A DNA stretch of 64,000 nucleotides from a virus. The notes under the pieces were generated by a model. That model was not told the DNA's origin. It worked only from the letters and a program-made list of their open reading frames with translations, and searched no databases. This document shows positions 25,377 to 34,931 of this stretch, piece after piece (within the stretch, counting starts at the first letter, position 1; every line of letters begins with the position of its first letter). Where the stretch lies: IMG/VR virus record IMGVR_UViG_3300031992_000005, positions 96,001 through 160,000 of that record; one strand, given 5' to 3'. Both the position numbers and the translations under genes were made by a program.

Positions 25377-26727
25377 TATATTTAATTTTAATAAAATTTT
25401 CCAAAGCCTCAGGAGTATTTTCTAACACTCCATCTAAAACTGCCTCTTTCATAGCATTTTTTATTAGACCGACCATTCTTCCTTTTCCAATACCTAGGAT
25501 TTCCATTATCTCATTTCCTCCAAGGCATGGTTGAAAAAGCCGAACGAGATCTTTTTCTTGCAGGTCACTAATCATCTTTCTTAACTTATCATAGTGATCC
25601 TGTAACCTCATTCTTTTCGAGGGTCTTCTCGAAGTTACGTCAGATTCACAAAGGAGTAGTAGGTCTTCTAAATCTTCTCCAGCATCATAAATAAGCCTTC
25701 TAACAGCACTATCAGTAATAACTGAAGTACTAATCATAGCTGGCCTCATGTGCATATCAACCAGCTTTTGAACATAGTCTTTCTTACCTATCCTAAGCCT
25801 ATCAAGAACTCCTGGTATTAAGTTAGCCCCAATATGTTCATGATTATAGAAGGTCCACTCTCCTGTAGTAGGATCAAATCTCTGAGTAGAAGCTTTTCCA
25901 ATATCATGAAGAAGAGCCGCTATTCTAAGGTAAGGATTAGTTGTTTTCCCCACAATATTTCTCAAAACCTGTAAAGAATGCTTATAATTATCCTTATGTC
26001 CTTCAAGATCATTTCCTGCTTTAAGGGCAGTTAACTCAGGGAGAATCATTTCAAGGAGTTCAGCTGCATCTAGGAGTTCAATTCCTGCAACTGGATCGGG
26101 AGAAGCCATGATTTTTAGAAATTCCGTGCCAATCCTATCAGGGGTTAGAATTTTTATTCTATCCTTCAAAACCTTCATTGCATCAATTAGTCTCGAATCT
26201 ATGAGAAAACCCAATTTACACGTGAATCTAATAGCTCTGAACATGCGCAATGGATCATCCTTGAAAGTAATCATGGGATCCGTTGGTGTCATTATAATCT
26301 TACTTTTTAAATACTTTCGTCCATCAAACGGATCAACATACTCCCCAAAATGCTTCTCATTAAGACACATGGCAATAGTATTTATAGTAAAATCCCTTCT
26401 CATCTGATCATCATATAATGTACCTGGTACTACAGAAGGTTTTCTACTATCTGGGCTATAGGATTCTTTCCTAGCCCCAACAAATTCTACTTCTAGGTTA
26501 TTATACTTTACTGCGGCAGTTCCATAACGTTCATATCTGAGAACCTTACTCTGATGAATCTCCTTGGCAAATTCATCCGCCATCTTTACACCATCACCGA
26601 CGACAACAATATCAATGTCGTCATTTTCTATACCTAGAAGCTTATCTCTTACGTATCCACCTATAACATAACATGGTAGATTAATTTTGTCTGCTACTTT
26701 TCCAATTAATTTTAATAAGTCTTCCAT
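25348..26727 (-). CDS. cca: tRNA nucleotidyltransferase (CCA-adding enzyme) with HD domain
   Basis: YVIGGYVRDKLLG..DDIDIVVVGDG holds the Pol-beta nucleotidyltransferase GG/DxD. RRDFTINTIAM and DPLRMFRAIRF are head/neck motifs. LLHDIGK is the HD domain. Confidence 0.85.
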   Translation of the reverse strand: MEDLLKLIGKVADKINLPCYVIGGYVRDKLLGIENDDIDIVVVGDGVKMADEFAKEIHQSKVLRYERYGTAAVKYNNLEVEFVGARKESYSPDSRKPSVVPGTLYDDQMRRDFTINTIAMCLNEKHFGEYVDPFDGRKYLKSKIIMTPTDPMITFKDDPLRMFRAIRFTCKLGFLIDSRLIDAMKVLKDRIKILTPDRIGTEFLKIMASPDPVAGIELLDAAELLEMILPELTALKAGNDLEGHKDNYKHSLQVLRNIVGKTTNPYLRIAALLHDIGKASTQRFDPTTGEWTFYNHEHIGANLIPGVLDRLRIGKKDYVQKLVDMHMRPAMISTSVITDSAVRRLIYDAGEDLEDLLLLCESDVTSRRPSKRMRLQDHYDKLRKMISDLQEKDLVRLFQPCLGGNEIMEILGIGKGRMVGLIKNAMKEAVLDGVLENTPEALENFIKIKYNEFIENRNA

Positions 26728-26747
26728 AATTTTTCTTTTTAATTATA

Positions 26748-26770
26748 CATATATAAGGAAAATAAAGGGA
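26748..26770 (-). promoter_or_regulatory. Promoter-like motif, class A variant (minus strand)
   Basis: The reverse complement reads TCCCTTTATTTTCCTTATATATG, 20 nt upstream of the cca ATG. Confidence 0.4.
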
Positions 26771-26941
26771 GGCATTTCGCTATTAGGAGAGTTGAGCCTA
26801 AGTATCTTCACCTCATACTCAGACCCAAACTCCTAATAATAGATAAGACTTTCCAGTCTCACCGACCAAGACCCCTCCATTAATGGGCCTTAAGCGAAAT
26901 CCTCATTAGTAAGGGGATAATGGGTAGTGAAGTGAGTTTTT

Positions 26942-26966
26942 ATTCCCTTTAATGCCTTATATATAG
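26942..26966 (+). promoter_or_regulatory. Promoter-like motif, class B
   Basis: ATTCCCTTTAATGCCTTATATATAG. It is followed by a ~65-nt ORF-less unit ending at terminator 27002-27035. Confidence 0.4.
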
Positions 26967-27001
26967 CTAGAAAGCATTTTATTATTATTAATACTGCAGA
27001 A

Positions 27002-27035
27002 AGAGTCGGTCCGGGATGGATAGACTCTTTTTTTT
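27002..27035 (+). terminator. Intrinsic terminator
   Basis: AGAGTC..GGTCCGGGATGGATA..GACTCT followed by T9. Confidence 0.65.
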
Positions 27036-27060
27036 ATTCCCGTTAAAACCTTATTAAAAG
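27036..27060 (+). promoter_or_regulatory. Promoter-like motif, class A
   Basis: ATTCCCGTTAAAACCTTATTAAAAG, 17 nt upstream of ATG 27077. Confidence 0.4.
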
Positions 27061-27076
27061 AAATAAAATAAAATAA

Positions 27077-27532
27077 ATGGGAACAAATGGTTTTTTCGAG
27101 AAAATGAAAAGAGGTTTTAGAGAACCTACAAAACTCGAATGGGAAAATAATCAACCGTCGACCCAGGGACAGAGAGTAGATGAGAATAAAGAAAAAGACT
27201 CATCTAATGAAGAACCCCTCCCCGTATTTGGAACAATATATTTATCGGGATTAGGGAAAGAACAGAGATCTATGAAAAGAGTATCTGGATCAGAGGTAAG
27301 ACTTCTTCATTCAACCGGAAAGTTATTTGTAGATATTCCGGGATTCTCTCAAGTAGATTCGAGTATATGGGTAATAGGTGACAGATATAGATTCATACCC
27401 ACATCTAAGTTACCGGGTCGATTTAACAATCTCTTATTCGAAGTGAAACACTTTGATGGAGATTTGATTAATGCTAGACTAATAACAAATGACGGCGAAT
27501 TACTCGTCGGAAAAGTATTGGTTAGGCTATGA
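27077..27532 (+). CDS. Hypothetical protein
   Basis: 151-aa ORF. No motif recognised. Confidence 0.7.
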   Translation: MGTNGFFEKMKRGFREPTKLEWENNQPSTQGQRVDENKEKDSSNEEPLPVFGTIYLSGLGKEQRSMKRVSGSEVRLLHSTGKLFVDIPGFSQVDSSIWVIGDRYRFIPTSKLPGRFNNLLFEVKHFDGDLINARLITNDGELLVGKVLVRL

Positions 27533-27554
27533 ACAAAACTAATCTTAATTATAT

Positions 27555-27884
27555 ATGGAAAATAAGAATAACGTACTATATAACATACTAATCTTAATCA
27601 TAGTACTAATCTTGATCACAGTTTGTTCAAAATTTATTTTTTTTAAGTGGGAAAAAAGTAAGTTGAACGAAGAATGTGATCAGCTTTACGGAGATTATGA
27701 ACGCGAAGCAAATGCTATAAAAAATATAGTAGATACTATTGATAAGAAAAAGAAACAAGGCGCAACAAAGGATGACCTTGTAGACTTAAATAATGAGATA
27801 AATATACACGAACAAAACTTAAGTGAAATATTTAAAAAATATGAATCTACAATTGAAAAACGTAACAGTAGCTTTCGACTTTAA
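27555..27884 (+). CDS. Hypothetical membrane-anchored protein
   Basis: N-terminal TM segment LYNILILIIVLILITVCSKFIFF followed by a coiled-coil-like tail. Confidence 0.65.
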   Translation: MENKNNVLYNILILIIVLILITVCSKFIFFKWEKSKLNEECDQLYGDYEREANAIKNIVDTIDKKKKQGATKDDLVDLNNEINIHEQNLSEIFKKYESTIEKRNSSFRL

Positions 27885-28428
27885 AAGTTCATCCGTAAAC
27901 GTGAAATTCAACCCATTTGAACGCGTTGATGAGAAAAAGAGGGCTAAAGAATTCGCAAGAATTTGTAAGAAAGTGAGTAAACACACTACTGTAAAAGAAA
28001 ACGAGATTGCTATCGTGAAGTGTAAGGTCTGGGATAAGGATGAGAGTAAACCTCTCTTCTATATTGACATTCCTGCCTTGACTAATAAGCTGGAAAGAAA
28101 AAAGGAGGGCGACATTCTCCGCATTAAGTGGGATGGAAAAATATACCACTTAGTCTTGAAGCAGCTTGGTACCCGGAATGGATACGCTACGTTTGAGCAA
28201 ACCGTTGGATCTTTTTCATCTATATTTTCAAAACTCTATAAAAGAGAGCAAGCCCAAAAGGATGTTCTTAGGGAGAAGAGAGCCAAGATACAAGATGAAA
28301 AAGAAGCTAGAGAAAAGAAAATGAAAGAAGAAAGGATGAGGAAGAAGCAGGTAGAAAAACTTATAAGAAGGGCAGAATTTCTACATCCTTGGGAAATTGA
28401 TAACGAATTCTTTTCTCGAATTCACTAA
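27823..28428 (+). CDS. Hypothetical protein, lysine/glutamate-rich C-terminus
   Basis: The ORF overlaps the previous gene. The start is uncertain, with ATG 27841 as an alternative. Confidence 0.6.
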   Translation: MKYLKNMNLQLKNVTVAFDFKSSSVNVKFNPFERVDEKKRAKEFARICKKVSKHTTVKENEIAIVKCKVWDKDESKPLFYIDIPALTNKLERKKEGDILRIKWDGKIYHLVLKQLGTRNGYATFEQTVGSFSSIFSKLYKREQAQKDVLREKRAKIQDEKEAREKKMKEERMRKKQVEKLIRRAEFLHPWEIDNEFFSRIH

Positions 28429-28527
28429 AAGATTGGGGAATAATTCCCCTTTCTTTTTTTTTCTAACTTAAAAAACTCCACTCAGAACCTAGGAATTCCC
28501 TATAAGTGAAATTTAAATTCAGATTTT

Positions 28528-28791
28528 ATGAAAACAATAGATTCAAAAATTTTAGTAAAAAAAGTCGAAGAAGACGGTGTTGAAGATTATACTGAAAAAG
28601 TAGGTAATCTTGTCATTCCGAATAGAAATAAGCAGACTGAAAAGTATGAAGTTATTTCTGTTGGGGAGAAAATTACTTCCTTGAAGGAAGGAGATGTTGT
28701 TATTACATTTCCTAATCCAGGGACAACAGTAAAGCATGACGGAGTAGATTACCGTGTTATATCAATACCAGACATTCTTATTGTACTTTAA
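28528..28791 (+). CDS. groES: Co-chaperonin GroES (Cpn10)
   Basis: At 87 aa, ILVKKVEE..GNLVIP...YEVISVGEKITSLKEGDVVIF....V.HDGVDYRVISIPDILIVL follows the Cpn10 pattern. It lies immediately upstream of groEL. Confidence 0.8.
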   Translation: MKTIDSKILVKKVEEDGVEDYTEKVGNLVIPNRNKQTEKYEVISVGEKITSLKEGDVVITFPNPGTTVKHDGVDYRVISIPDILIVL

Positions 28792-28803
28792 AATTTAAAA
28801 AAA

Positions 28804-30438
28804 ATGGATAGTAAAATTATTAGAAAAGGCGATGGTGTTCAAGAGAAGATCATCGCTGGTGTATCAGAATCAGTTAAAGCAATTAAAACAACTCTTGGTC
28901 CAAGTGGAAAAGGAGTAGCACTAGATGAAGGTGATATGTTAGGAATAACTATCACACGAGATGGGGCTACTGTTGCTAAAGCTATTCACCTAAAAGATAG
29001 AGAGGAAAATATTGGCGCAGAACTCGTTAAGAAAGCTGCCACTATGACTGAAGATCTGGCGGGTGATGGAACATCCACGACATCAATTCTCATAGAAGAA
29101 TTTTGTAAGAAAGGTCAGAAAGCAGTAAATGCCGGAGCTAATGTAAATGAGCTCAAAAGTGGTATGCTGAAAGCCGGTAAGTGGATGGAGAACTTTATCA
29201 AGGATAACGCCATTGAAATTGATGGTGACTTAACTAAGATTGAAAAAGTTGCTACATTATCAGCAAACAATGATCCTGAAATAGGTAGATTAGTAGTGAA
29301 AGGTCTTAGCGAAGTTGGTCTTAATGGTCTTATTACGGCTGACTTAGCATCCGGACTTGACACTATTATTGATATTACTACTGGTATGAAATTAGATAAA
29401 GGTTGGGCAAGTCCACAATATGTGACCGAACCTGAAACAGGAAAATGTATCCTAGAGGATCCTTATGTCTATGTGGTAGGTGAAAAGATTAGTTCAGTAT
29501 CTCAGATAATGAACTTCTTAGAGTCTTATCAAAATTCCGGTGGTGGTCGTCCATTACTCATTGTATGTGATGATATGGATGATAATGTTAATAGTATGCT
29601 GGTAATCAATACTTTACGTGGAGCTCTCAGATGCTGTGTAGTAAAAGGAATTGATTTTGGTGATGGTAGAAAGAATGCTATGGCTGACTTAGCAGTAGCA
29701 GTTAATGCTAATTATATCTGCCCTGATAATAACTCTGACCTAAGTAAGAGTACTATTGGAGATGCAGGTTTTGCTAAGAAGGTAGTTGTTAGTAGAGACT
29801 CTTGTATTATCTTTGAAGGCTATGGTGATCCACAGGCTATTAAAGATAGAGCTAATATCATTAAGGCTAGACTAGAAAGCAATGAAATTAGTGACTATGA
29901 CAAGAAGAAGTTCGAAAAACGCTTAGCCAACTTAACGGGCGGTATTGCAGTCATTCGAGCTGGTGGAGCTGTTGAATCTGAAAAGAGAAACAGAAAAGCA
30001 ACTATTGAAGATGCTGTCCTAGCTGCTAAGAGTGCTATTGAAGAAGGATGTTGTCCTGGTGGTGGATATGTTTTCTGGAAAGGAAGTATTGAAGCTAAGG
30101 AAGACAGGGAGTTTTGGAAAAAACTCACAGAAGATGAAGCACAAGGAGCTAAGATTGTATTCGATTCACTACCAATTATCCTAAAGACCGTGGCAGAAAA
30201 TGCCGGTGTCTCTGGAGATGTAGTTCTGAATGAGATGGTTAAGTCTAAGAAGAAAGAAAACTATGGCTTTAATGCTAAAACTAAGAACTTCGGTAACTTA
30301 GTAGATACTGGAATTCTTGATAGTGCTAAAGTTCTTAGAGTTAGCCTAGAAAATAGTATCAGTACAGCATCAATGATTCTCTTGATTGACTGTACTATTA
30401 TACAGGAAGAAGAAAATAAGGAAAACAGTGGACAATAA
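28804..30438 (+). CDS. groEL: Chaperonin GroEL (Cpn60)
   Basis: TLGPSGKGVALD, ITRDGATVAKAI, EENIGAELVKKAA, DLAGDGTSTTSILI, AVIRAGGAVESE and GCCPGGG are present. It is 544 aa long. Confidence 0.9.
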   Translation: MDSKIIRKGDGVQEKIIAGVSESVKAIKTTLGPSGKGVALDEGDMLGITITRDGATVAKAIHLKDREENIGAELVKKAATMTEDLAGDGTSTTSILIEEFCKKGQKAVNAGANVNELKSGMLKAGKWMENFIKDNAIEIDGDLTKIEKVATLSANNDPEIGRLVVKGLSEVGLNGLITADLASGLDTIIDITTGMKLDKGWASPQYVTEPETGKCILEDPYVYVVGEKISSVSQIMNFLESYQNSGGGRPLLIVCDDMDDNVNSMLVINTLRGALRCCVVKGIDFGDGRKNAMADLAVAVNANYICPDNNSDLSKSTIGDAGFAKKVVVSRDSCIIFEGYGDPQAIKDRANIIKARLESNEISDYDKKKFEKRLANLTGGIAVIRAGGAVESEKRNRKATIEDAVLAAKSAIEEGCCPGGGYVFWKGSIEAKEDREFWKKLTEDEAQGAKIVFDSLPIILKTVAENAGVSGDVVLNEMVKSKKKENYGFNAKTKNFGNLVDTGILDSAKVLRVSLENSISTASMILLIDCTIIQEEENKENSGQ

Positions 30439-30766
30439 TTCAGAAGAAGACTATAACGGCTATTTACCGGAGAACATAGAGAGAGCGGATGATGGAACCT
30501 GCTCTCTTTATGACTCCATCTTAGCCTTATCTCTCATGCCAAGACCTTTTGGTGTGGTATGGAGCTTAGATAAGATAGAGGAATTCTTAACGAAAAGAGG
30601 CTACCTAATAATAACCAGGTATACAGATGATGATGATGAATATAAATATGCTGTAAAACCCGATGAAGACCTTATACCTGATAATGGAAAATCCAATATA
30701 ATGGAAACTTTCAGACAAGAAGTAGAAGGTATAATGTTTAACTGGTTATTAAAAATAGCAAAATGA
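30386..30766 (+). CDS. Hypothetical protein (start uncertain)
   Basis: The ORF-track start is a TTG inside the groEL 3' end. The body has a clear coding look, and its end overlaps the next gene by ATGA. Confidence 0.5.
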   Translation: MTVLLYRKKKIRKTVDNNSEEDYNGYLPENIERADDGTCSLYDSILALSLMPRPFGVVWSLDKIEEFLTKRGYLIITRYTDDDDEYKYAVKPDEDLIPDNGKSNIMETFRQEVEGIMFNWLLKIAK

Positions 30767-32259
30767 TTGTAGAACAAGCAGTTTTAGACAAGTGGTCAGG
30801 ACTTATCGATTGTGCTAAGAGGTATTGGATAGATTCATTACCAACTGGCATATCGGATGGTGATTTCGACGAACTCGAAAGAAAAGCTATCATTGAGGAT
30901 AAGTTTTATGTACGAGATTATGTCTTAGAAACCTACTTAAAAGGTACTAGGACACAGAATAAGTACATTGAGAAGATCACAAAATTTAAAGTCGTAGGAA
31001 AATCAATGCTTCAGGGAATGATAGACTCAGCCAAGGAATTAAGTATTCCTGCGGAAGAACTCTATTGTGACCTAAAGTACGATGGATCTAGTATAGCAAT
31101 ATACTTAAATCCAGAAAAAGGAACAGTTGAAAGAATCGTAACCGTTGGAAATTTAAATCTTGATGGTTATGGTATCGATCAAACTTGGAAATTAATAAAC
31201 CATGTTCCTAAAAAGTTCCCACTAGGTATTGCTGCCATTCAATGCGAAGCTCTCATTGATCTCACTAGATATTCTGGTGATGTTGAAAGGGCTAGACAAA
31301 AGGCAAATGGCCTAATTAACTCTAAGTATTGTGACAGTGATGTTAATAATCTCTTGACCTTAAGAGCTTATCGATATTACTTAGCAAAAACTCAAGATGG
31401 ATATACATTGTCTACCAGAGGTTACAAAGGAGTTATAGAATCATTACCAACAGTAAAATCTCCTTGTGATGGCCATATTCTGTTTAGTCCAGCACAAGTT
31501 TGGACATTGGCAGACTTAATGGCTAAAGGAGGTGATTTTACAGAAACCGATCGAGTAGTAACTAATACTGGAACATTCTTATGTGATGGTTGGGTTCTCT
31601 ACAACAAAGCGGGAATCTGTCAGAGAGCATTAAAGTTTTCTGGTGCTGGTAGTGGGACAGAAGCAATAAAAACTACAGTTAAGAGTATTCTCTGGAATGA
31701 TCAATCTCCTAAGGGAAAAGATTCCTGGTCAGCTAATGTTATTATTGATCCAGTCACTATAAAAGGTTGTACTATCACAAAACCTAGTGCTGGTAGTGTA
31801 TCAAAGCTGATCAAAGGAAACTGTACTCCAGGGGCTAGTGTAGGCATTATCCTAGCAAACAGTACTATTCCAATGGTAGGAGAAATATTCTCCCCTGGGG
31901 ATGGTAATTATTCATGGCCAACATGTGGTTGTGGATATAAGTTAGGACCTGGTGATATATACGGTAGTCTCCTGAAGTGTGGAAATCCAGAGTGTACGGA
32001 AAGACTGAGTAGGATGAGACAATATCTTAGCGGTATATCAAACTTCGAAGACATTGACCTAAATAAACTACTAGTGTTAGATAGATTTAAATGGGAAAAT
32101 GTTAACGTAAGCCTGGATAAATTACTAGGAATAGTAAAAGCTGATAAGATAGATGATTATCATGCATACTTAGAATCATTCTTAACTACGGATCTTCAAA
32201 AAAGAAACCTGAACTTGGTTTATAGGACTAGCTTTAAAGCACTGAAAGAAAAATGGTAG
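30763..32259 (+). CDS. DNA ligase, NAD-dependent (LigA)-like, truncated architecture
   Basis: The Ia-like segment is RYWIDSLPTGISDGDFDELERKAI. Adenylation motif I is CDLKYDGSSIAIY (KxDG). ERARQKANGLINS is similar to motif IV, and LTLRAYRY is also present. A C4 zinc finger reads CGCGYKLGPGDIYGSLLKCGNPEC. No BRCT domain is present. Confidence 0.7.
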   Translation: MIVEQAVLDKWSGLIDCAKRYWIDSLPTGISDGDFDELERKAIIEDKFYVRDYVLETYLKGTRTQNKYIEKITKFKVVGKSMLQGMIDSAKELSIPAEELYCDLKYDGSSIAIYLNPEKGTVERIVTVGNLNLDGYGIDQTWKLINHVPKKFPLGIAAIQCEALIDLTRYSGDVERARQKANGLINSKYCDSDVNNLLTLRAYRYYLAKTQDGYTLSTRGYKGVIESLPTVKSPCDGHILFSPAQVWTLADLMAKGGDFTETDRVVTNTGTFLCDGWVLYNKAGICQRALKFSGAGSGTEAIKTTVKSILWNDQSPKGKDSWSANVIIDPVTIKGCTITKPSAGSVSKLIKGNCTPGASVGIILANSTIPMVGEIFSPGDGNYSWPTCGCGYKLGPGDIYGSLLKCGNPECTERLSRMRQYLSGISNFEDIDLNKLLVLDRFKWENVNVSLDKLLGIVKADKIDDYHAYLESFLTTDLQKRNLNLVYRTSFKALKEKW

Positions 32260-32645
32260 AGTCATATGTGAAAACTAGATATGACAACGACCTAGAGAAT
32301 GATGATGTCGTAAGAAGCACTTACAAGTTAATTGTAGGTGCTTTTTATCCAAACATAAGAATATCTTCGTTTATGGAAATGCTAAAGAGAGCGTTTTACA
32401 TAGATGAATGGTTACTGTTTGATCCAAAGACCACAGATAACTATAAGATCGAGGCATATCTTATGGATAGGTTGAAAGATTTCATAGACGGAAAACCTAT
32501 CGACTTTGTTACTATCTATAATAAATTAATAGACGAGTGTGATTTTCTTGAATCAGAGAAATTTCAATTCACTGAAGGTAACGTAGAAAAGCGGATCTAC
32601 GCTATTTACCTAGCACTTGTTGATCCGCATAAAAAATTAATATGA
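32253..32645 (+). CDS. Hypothetical protein
   Basis: ORF overlapping both neighbours by a few nt. Confidence 0.65.
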   Translation: MVESYVKTRYDNDLENDDVVRSTYKLIVGAFYPNIRISSFMEMLKRAFYIDEWLLFDPKTTDNYKIEAYLMDRLKDFIDGKPIDFVTIYNKLIDECDFLESEKFQFTEGNVEKRIYAIYLALVDPHKKLI

Positions 32646-33268
32646 TTGAAGTAAGTTTATATTCAGTTCCCACTGGTAGCGATGTTAATGTATCTATGGG
32701 AAAGTGTCTTGACCGTGTCCGCTATGATAAAGAAAAGATGGGCACAGGTGTAATGTCTTTTGTTAAGGGATTCTTGAAGGCAAATATTCAATCCATTGAA
32801 CCAGCTCTTGGTAATAACAAGGATATTACAGAATTTATTACATCCGACACTGCAATGACCACAAAGGACTTAGCTAGTATCAATTATTTCTTGGCTAAGG
32901 GTGGACTCTTGGTAAAGGTAGTTAATGTAACTGAAGATGAAGAGAATCCAACTGGTCCATCTGCAGAAACAGCTGAATGGAATATAATTGATTATAATTT
33001 CATCCAGAATGAATATCCAACTGCAGTAAAGATCATCCCAGGTACAGGAATGGATGTAGTTAGTGTTCTTAAGCAAGTAGTAGATAATTCTGATCTTTTC
33101 GATCCTAGTAAGTTTGGTGAGGATATCAAGAACCCTCTTAAAGAAACTGTTAGAAGACTTGAACTCGCTAAGGAAAAGTTGGGTCGCATTGAACCAGGTC
33201 TTGCTACTAAGATTTACGAAATTCTTGAACAAACAGGCTTTAAGGTATTCCTAGCAACTGGTGAATAA
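32642..33268 (+). CDS. Hypothetical protein
   Basis: 208-aa ORF. No motif recognised. Confidence 0.7.
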   Translation: MIEVSLYSVPTGSDVNVSMGKCLDRVRYDKEKMGTGVMSFVKGFLKANIQSIEPALGNNKDITEFITSDTAMTTKDLASINYFLAKGGLLVKVVNVTEDEENPTGPSAETAEWNIIDYNFIQNEYPTAVKIIPGTGMDVVSVLKQVVDNSDLFDPSKFGEDIKNPLKETVRRLELAKEKLGRIEPGLATKIYEILEQTGFKVFLATGE

Positions 33269-33720
33269 TGTTAGCATTACAGAATGACCTACTAGAGATT
33301 TATAACAACTTAGTAATATTCAGTAAAACTACCGTTCAATCCAGTAACCCAATTCCCATCACAGTAAGAGTAGAAAATGGTCAATACGGATCCCCCATTG
33401 TATTTGAACAAGGGGGAATTTCCGTCAGACTAAGACTTCCTATCTATTATTGCCTGGGATTTGATACATTAACAAAGCCAACATATCTTCTTCCTAGGGA
33501 TTATGATTTTATGATGTCATCCTTACAAAGTCTTATTGCTAATGATAAGATCCTGGAAGATAGAACATGTCTTAGCCCAGAAAATTACGGATTTGATGTC
33601 TATTCTGTTGATTATAAGGACTTTTGGAAAGGTCCTAATATCATAGGAAGCGTAAGGTTCATTTCTGGAAATTCTTGGCTATTCAGAACATACGTAAAAT
33701 GGAAGTACAAGTTAAAGTGA
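33268..33720 (+). CDS. Hypothetical protein
   Basis: TAATG junction with the upstream gene. No motif recognised. Confidence 0.7.
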   Translation: MLALQNDLLEIYNNLVIFSKTTVQSSNPIPITVRVENGQYGSPIVFEQGGISVRLRLPIYYCLGFDTLTKPTYLLPRDYDFMMSSLQSLIANDKILEDRTCLSPENYGFDVYSVDYKDFWKGPNIIGSVRFISGNSWLFRTYVKWKYKLK

Positions 33721-33737
33721 TAAGTGAAAAAATAAAT

Positions 33738-34178
33738 ATGAGTAAACCTTGTGTAAAAGTAGTAAATACTTCTAATTACCCACTCCCAGAGTATAAAACT
33801 CCAGGCAGCGCCGGTATGGACCTTATAAATGTGGGGAATCAAGTTATCCTTGAGCCAGGAAAACGGGCTCTTTTCCCAACTGGACTCTGCATTGAACTTC
33901 CACAAGGAATGGAAGCACAGGTTAGACCTAGAAGTGGACTTGCCTTAAAGCAAGGAATAACTGTTTTAAATACCCCAGGAACAATAGATTCAGATTATAG
34001 AGGCGAAATAGGAGTAATTCTTATTAACCTTGGAGAAGAACCTGTTACTATTAATCCTGGAGATCGTATTGCTCAGCTTGTATTTTCATGGGTTAATCAA
34101 GTTGATTGGATTCCCTCTAATACATTAGGGGAAACTGATCGAGGAGCTGGTGGATATGGACATACAGGGAAGCAATGA
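33738..34178 (+). CDS. dut: dUTP diphosphatase (trimeric dUTPase)
   Basis: [52 protein letters not shown] and the C-terminal [11 protein letters not shown] are present. The start is set at ATG 33738, after the previous stop. Confidence 0.9.
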   Translation: MSKPCVKVVNTSNYPLPEYKTPGSAGMDLINVGNQVILEPGKRALFPTGLCIELPQGMEAQVRPRSGLALKQGITVLNTPGTIDSDYRGEIGVILINLGEEPVTINPGDRIAQLVFSWVNQVDWIPSNTLGETDRGAGGYGHTGKQ

Positions 34179-34515
34179 AATCTCTAGACTCCTAGGGATG
34201 AGAGGTTATAAGCGACTGGAAGTAGATGATGATATAACACAAAGACTATTAGGATTTGATTATTCATTACTTCCAGGCTTAAACCTAAGATTCTTAGAGA
34301 CAAAGAAAAAAGAAAATGATTGGACTGAGTACTTAATACTCTATCAAGTCCAAAAATACAGAGATACCACACAATACTTTAAACATATTTTTGATATCCT
34401 ATCAGTGATATCAAAAGAGCTTGCCAAAATTACGGATATCGATTCCATTGGCATTCAAGAAGTAGAGTGTGGACTAACAAATTATTATTACTTTTTAATT
34501 TATATTTTAAAATGA
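34150..34515 (+). CDS. Hypothetical protein (start uncertain; 34198 is an alternative)
   Basis: The ORF overlaps the dut 3' end. The in-frame ATG at 34198 lies 20 nt after the dut stop. Confidence 0.55.
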   Translation: MDMDIQGSNEISRLLGMRGYKRLEVDDDITQRLLGFDYSLLPGLNLRFLETKKKENDWTEYLILYQVQKYRDTTQYFKHIFDILSVISKELAKITDIDSIGIQEVECGLTNYYYFLIYILK

Positions 34516-34931
34516 AAAGACTTAATGAAGAAGGACAAGTAGTAAATCCAATTTTAGCTGAATTTGAAGAAGACTCCGATAAGGAAAGAGCAGATCAGAT
34601 TGTACTTGGTTGGAATAATGTAGAAGAAGCCGCTAAGGAAATTCTTAGTACAGTACTAAGCAGACTAGTATCTCCAGAGACAATCCCAGTATTTCTTTGG
34701 AAAAATACAGATTCAAACTCTGACCTACAACAGATCGTAGTTGTAGATAATAATACAGGATCAGATGATTTCGGATTAGGTATTATTCATGCAGGATATA
34801 CAATGGTTTTGCCACACATCCCTTTCTCCTACTTAGAAACAGATGTCATTACTGACATGAAGAAGTATAAGATTGGTAAGGATATTATTACGGCATATGA
34901 AAAAATTCTAAACAGATGGAGAAAAGAATGA
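34512..34931 (+). CDS. Hypothetical acidic protein
   Basis: The start is set at ATG 34512 (ATGA overlap with the previous stop). No motif recognised. Confidence 0.65.
   Translation: MKRLNEEGQVVNPILAEFEEDSDKERADQIVLGWNNVEEAAKEILSTVLSRLVSPETIPVFLWKNTDSNSDLQQIVVVDNNTGSDDFGLGIIHAGYTMVLPHIPFSYLETDVITDMKKYKIGKDIITAYEKILNRWRKE

Noticed and set aside
29115-30128. Antisense ORFs within groEL (29115-29363, 29895-30128)
   Set aside because: They are embedded in an unambiguous GroEL reading frame and are a typical shadow-ORF artefact.
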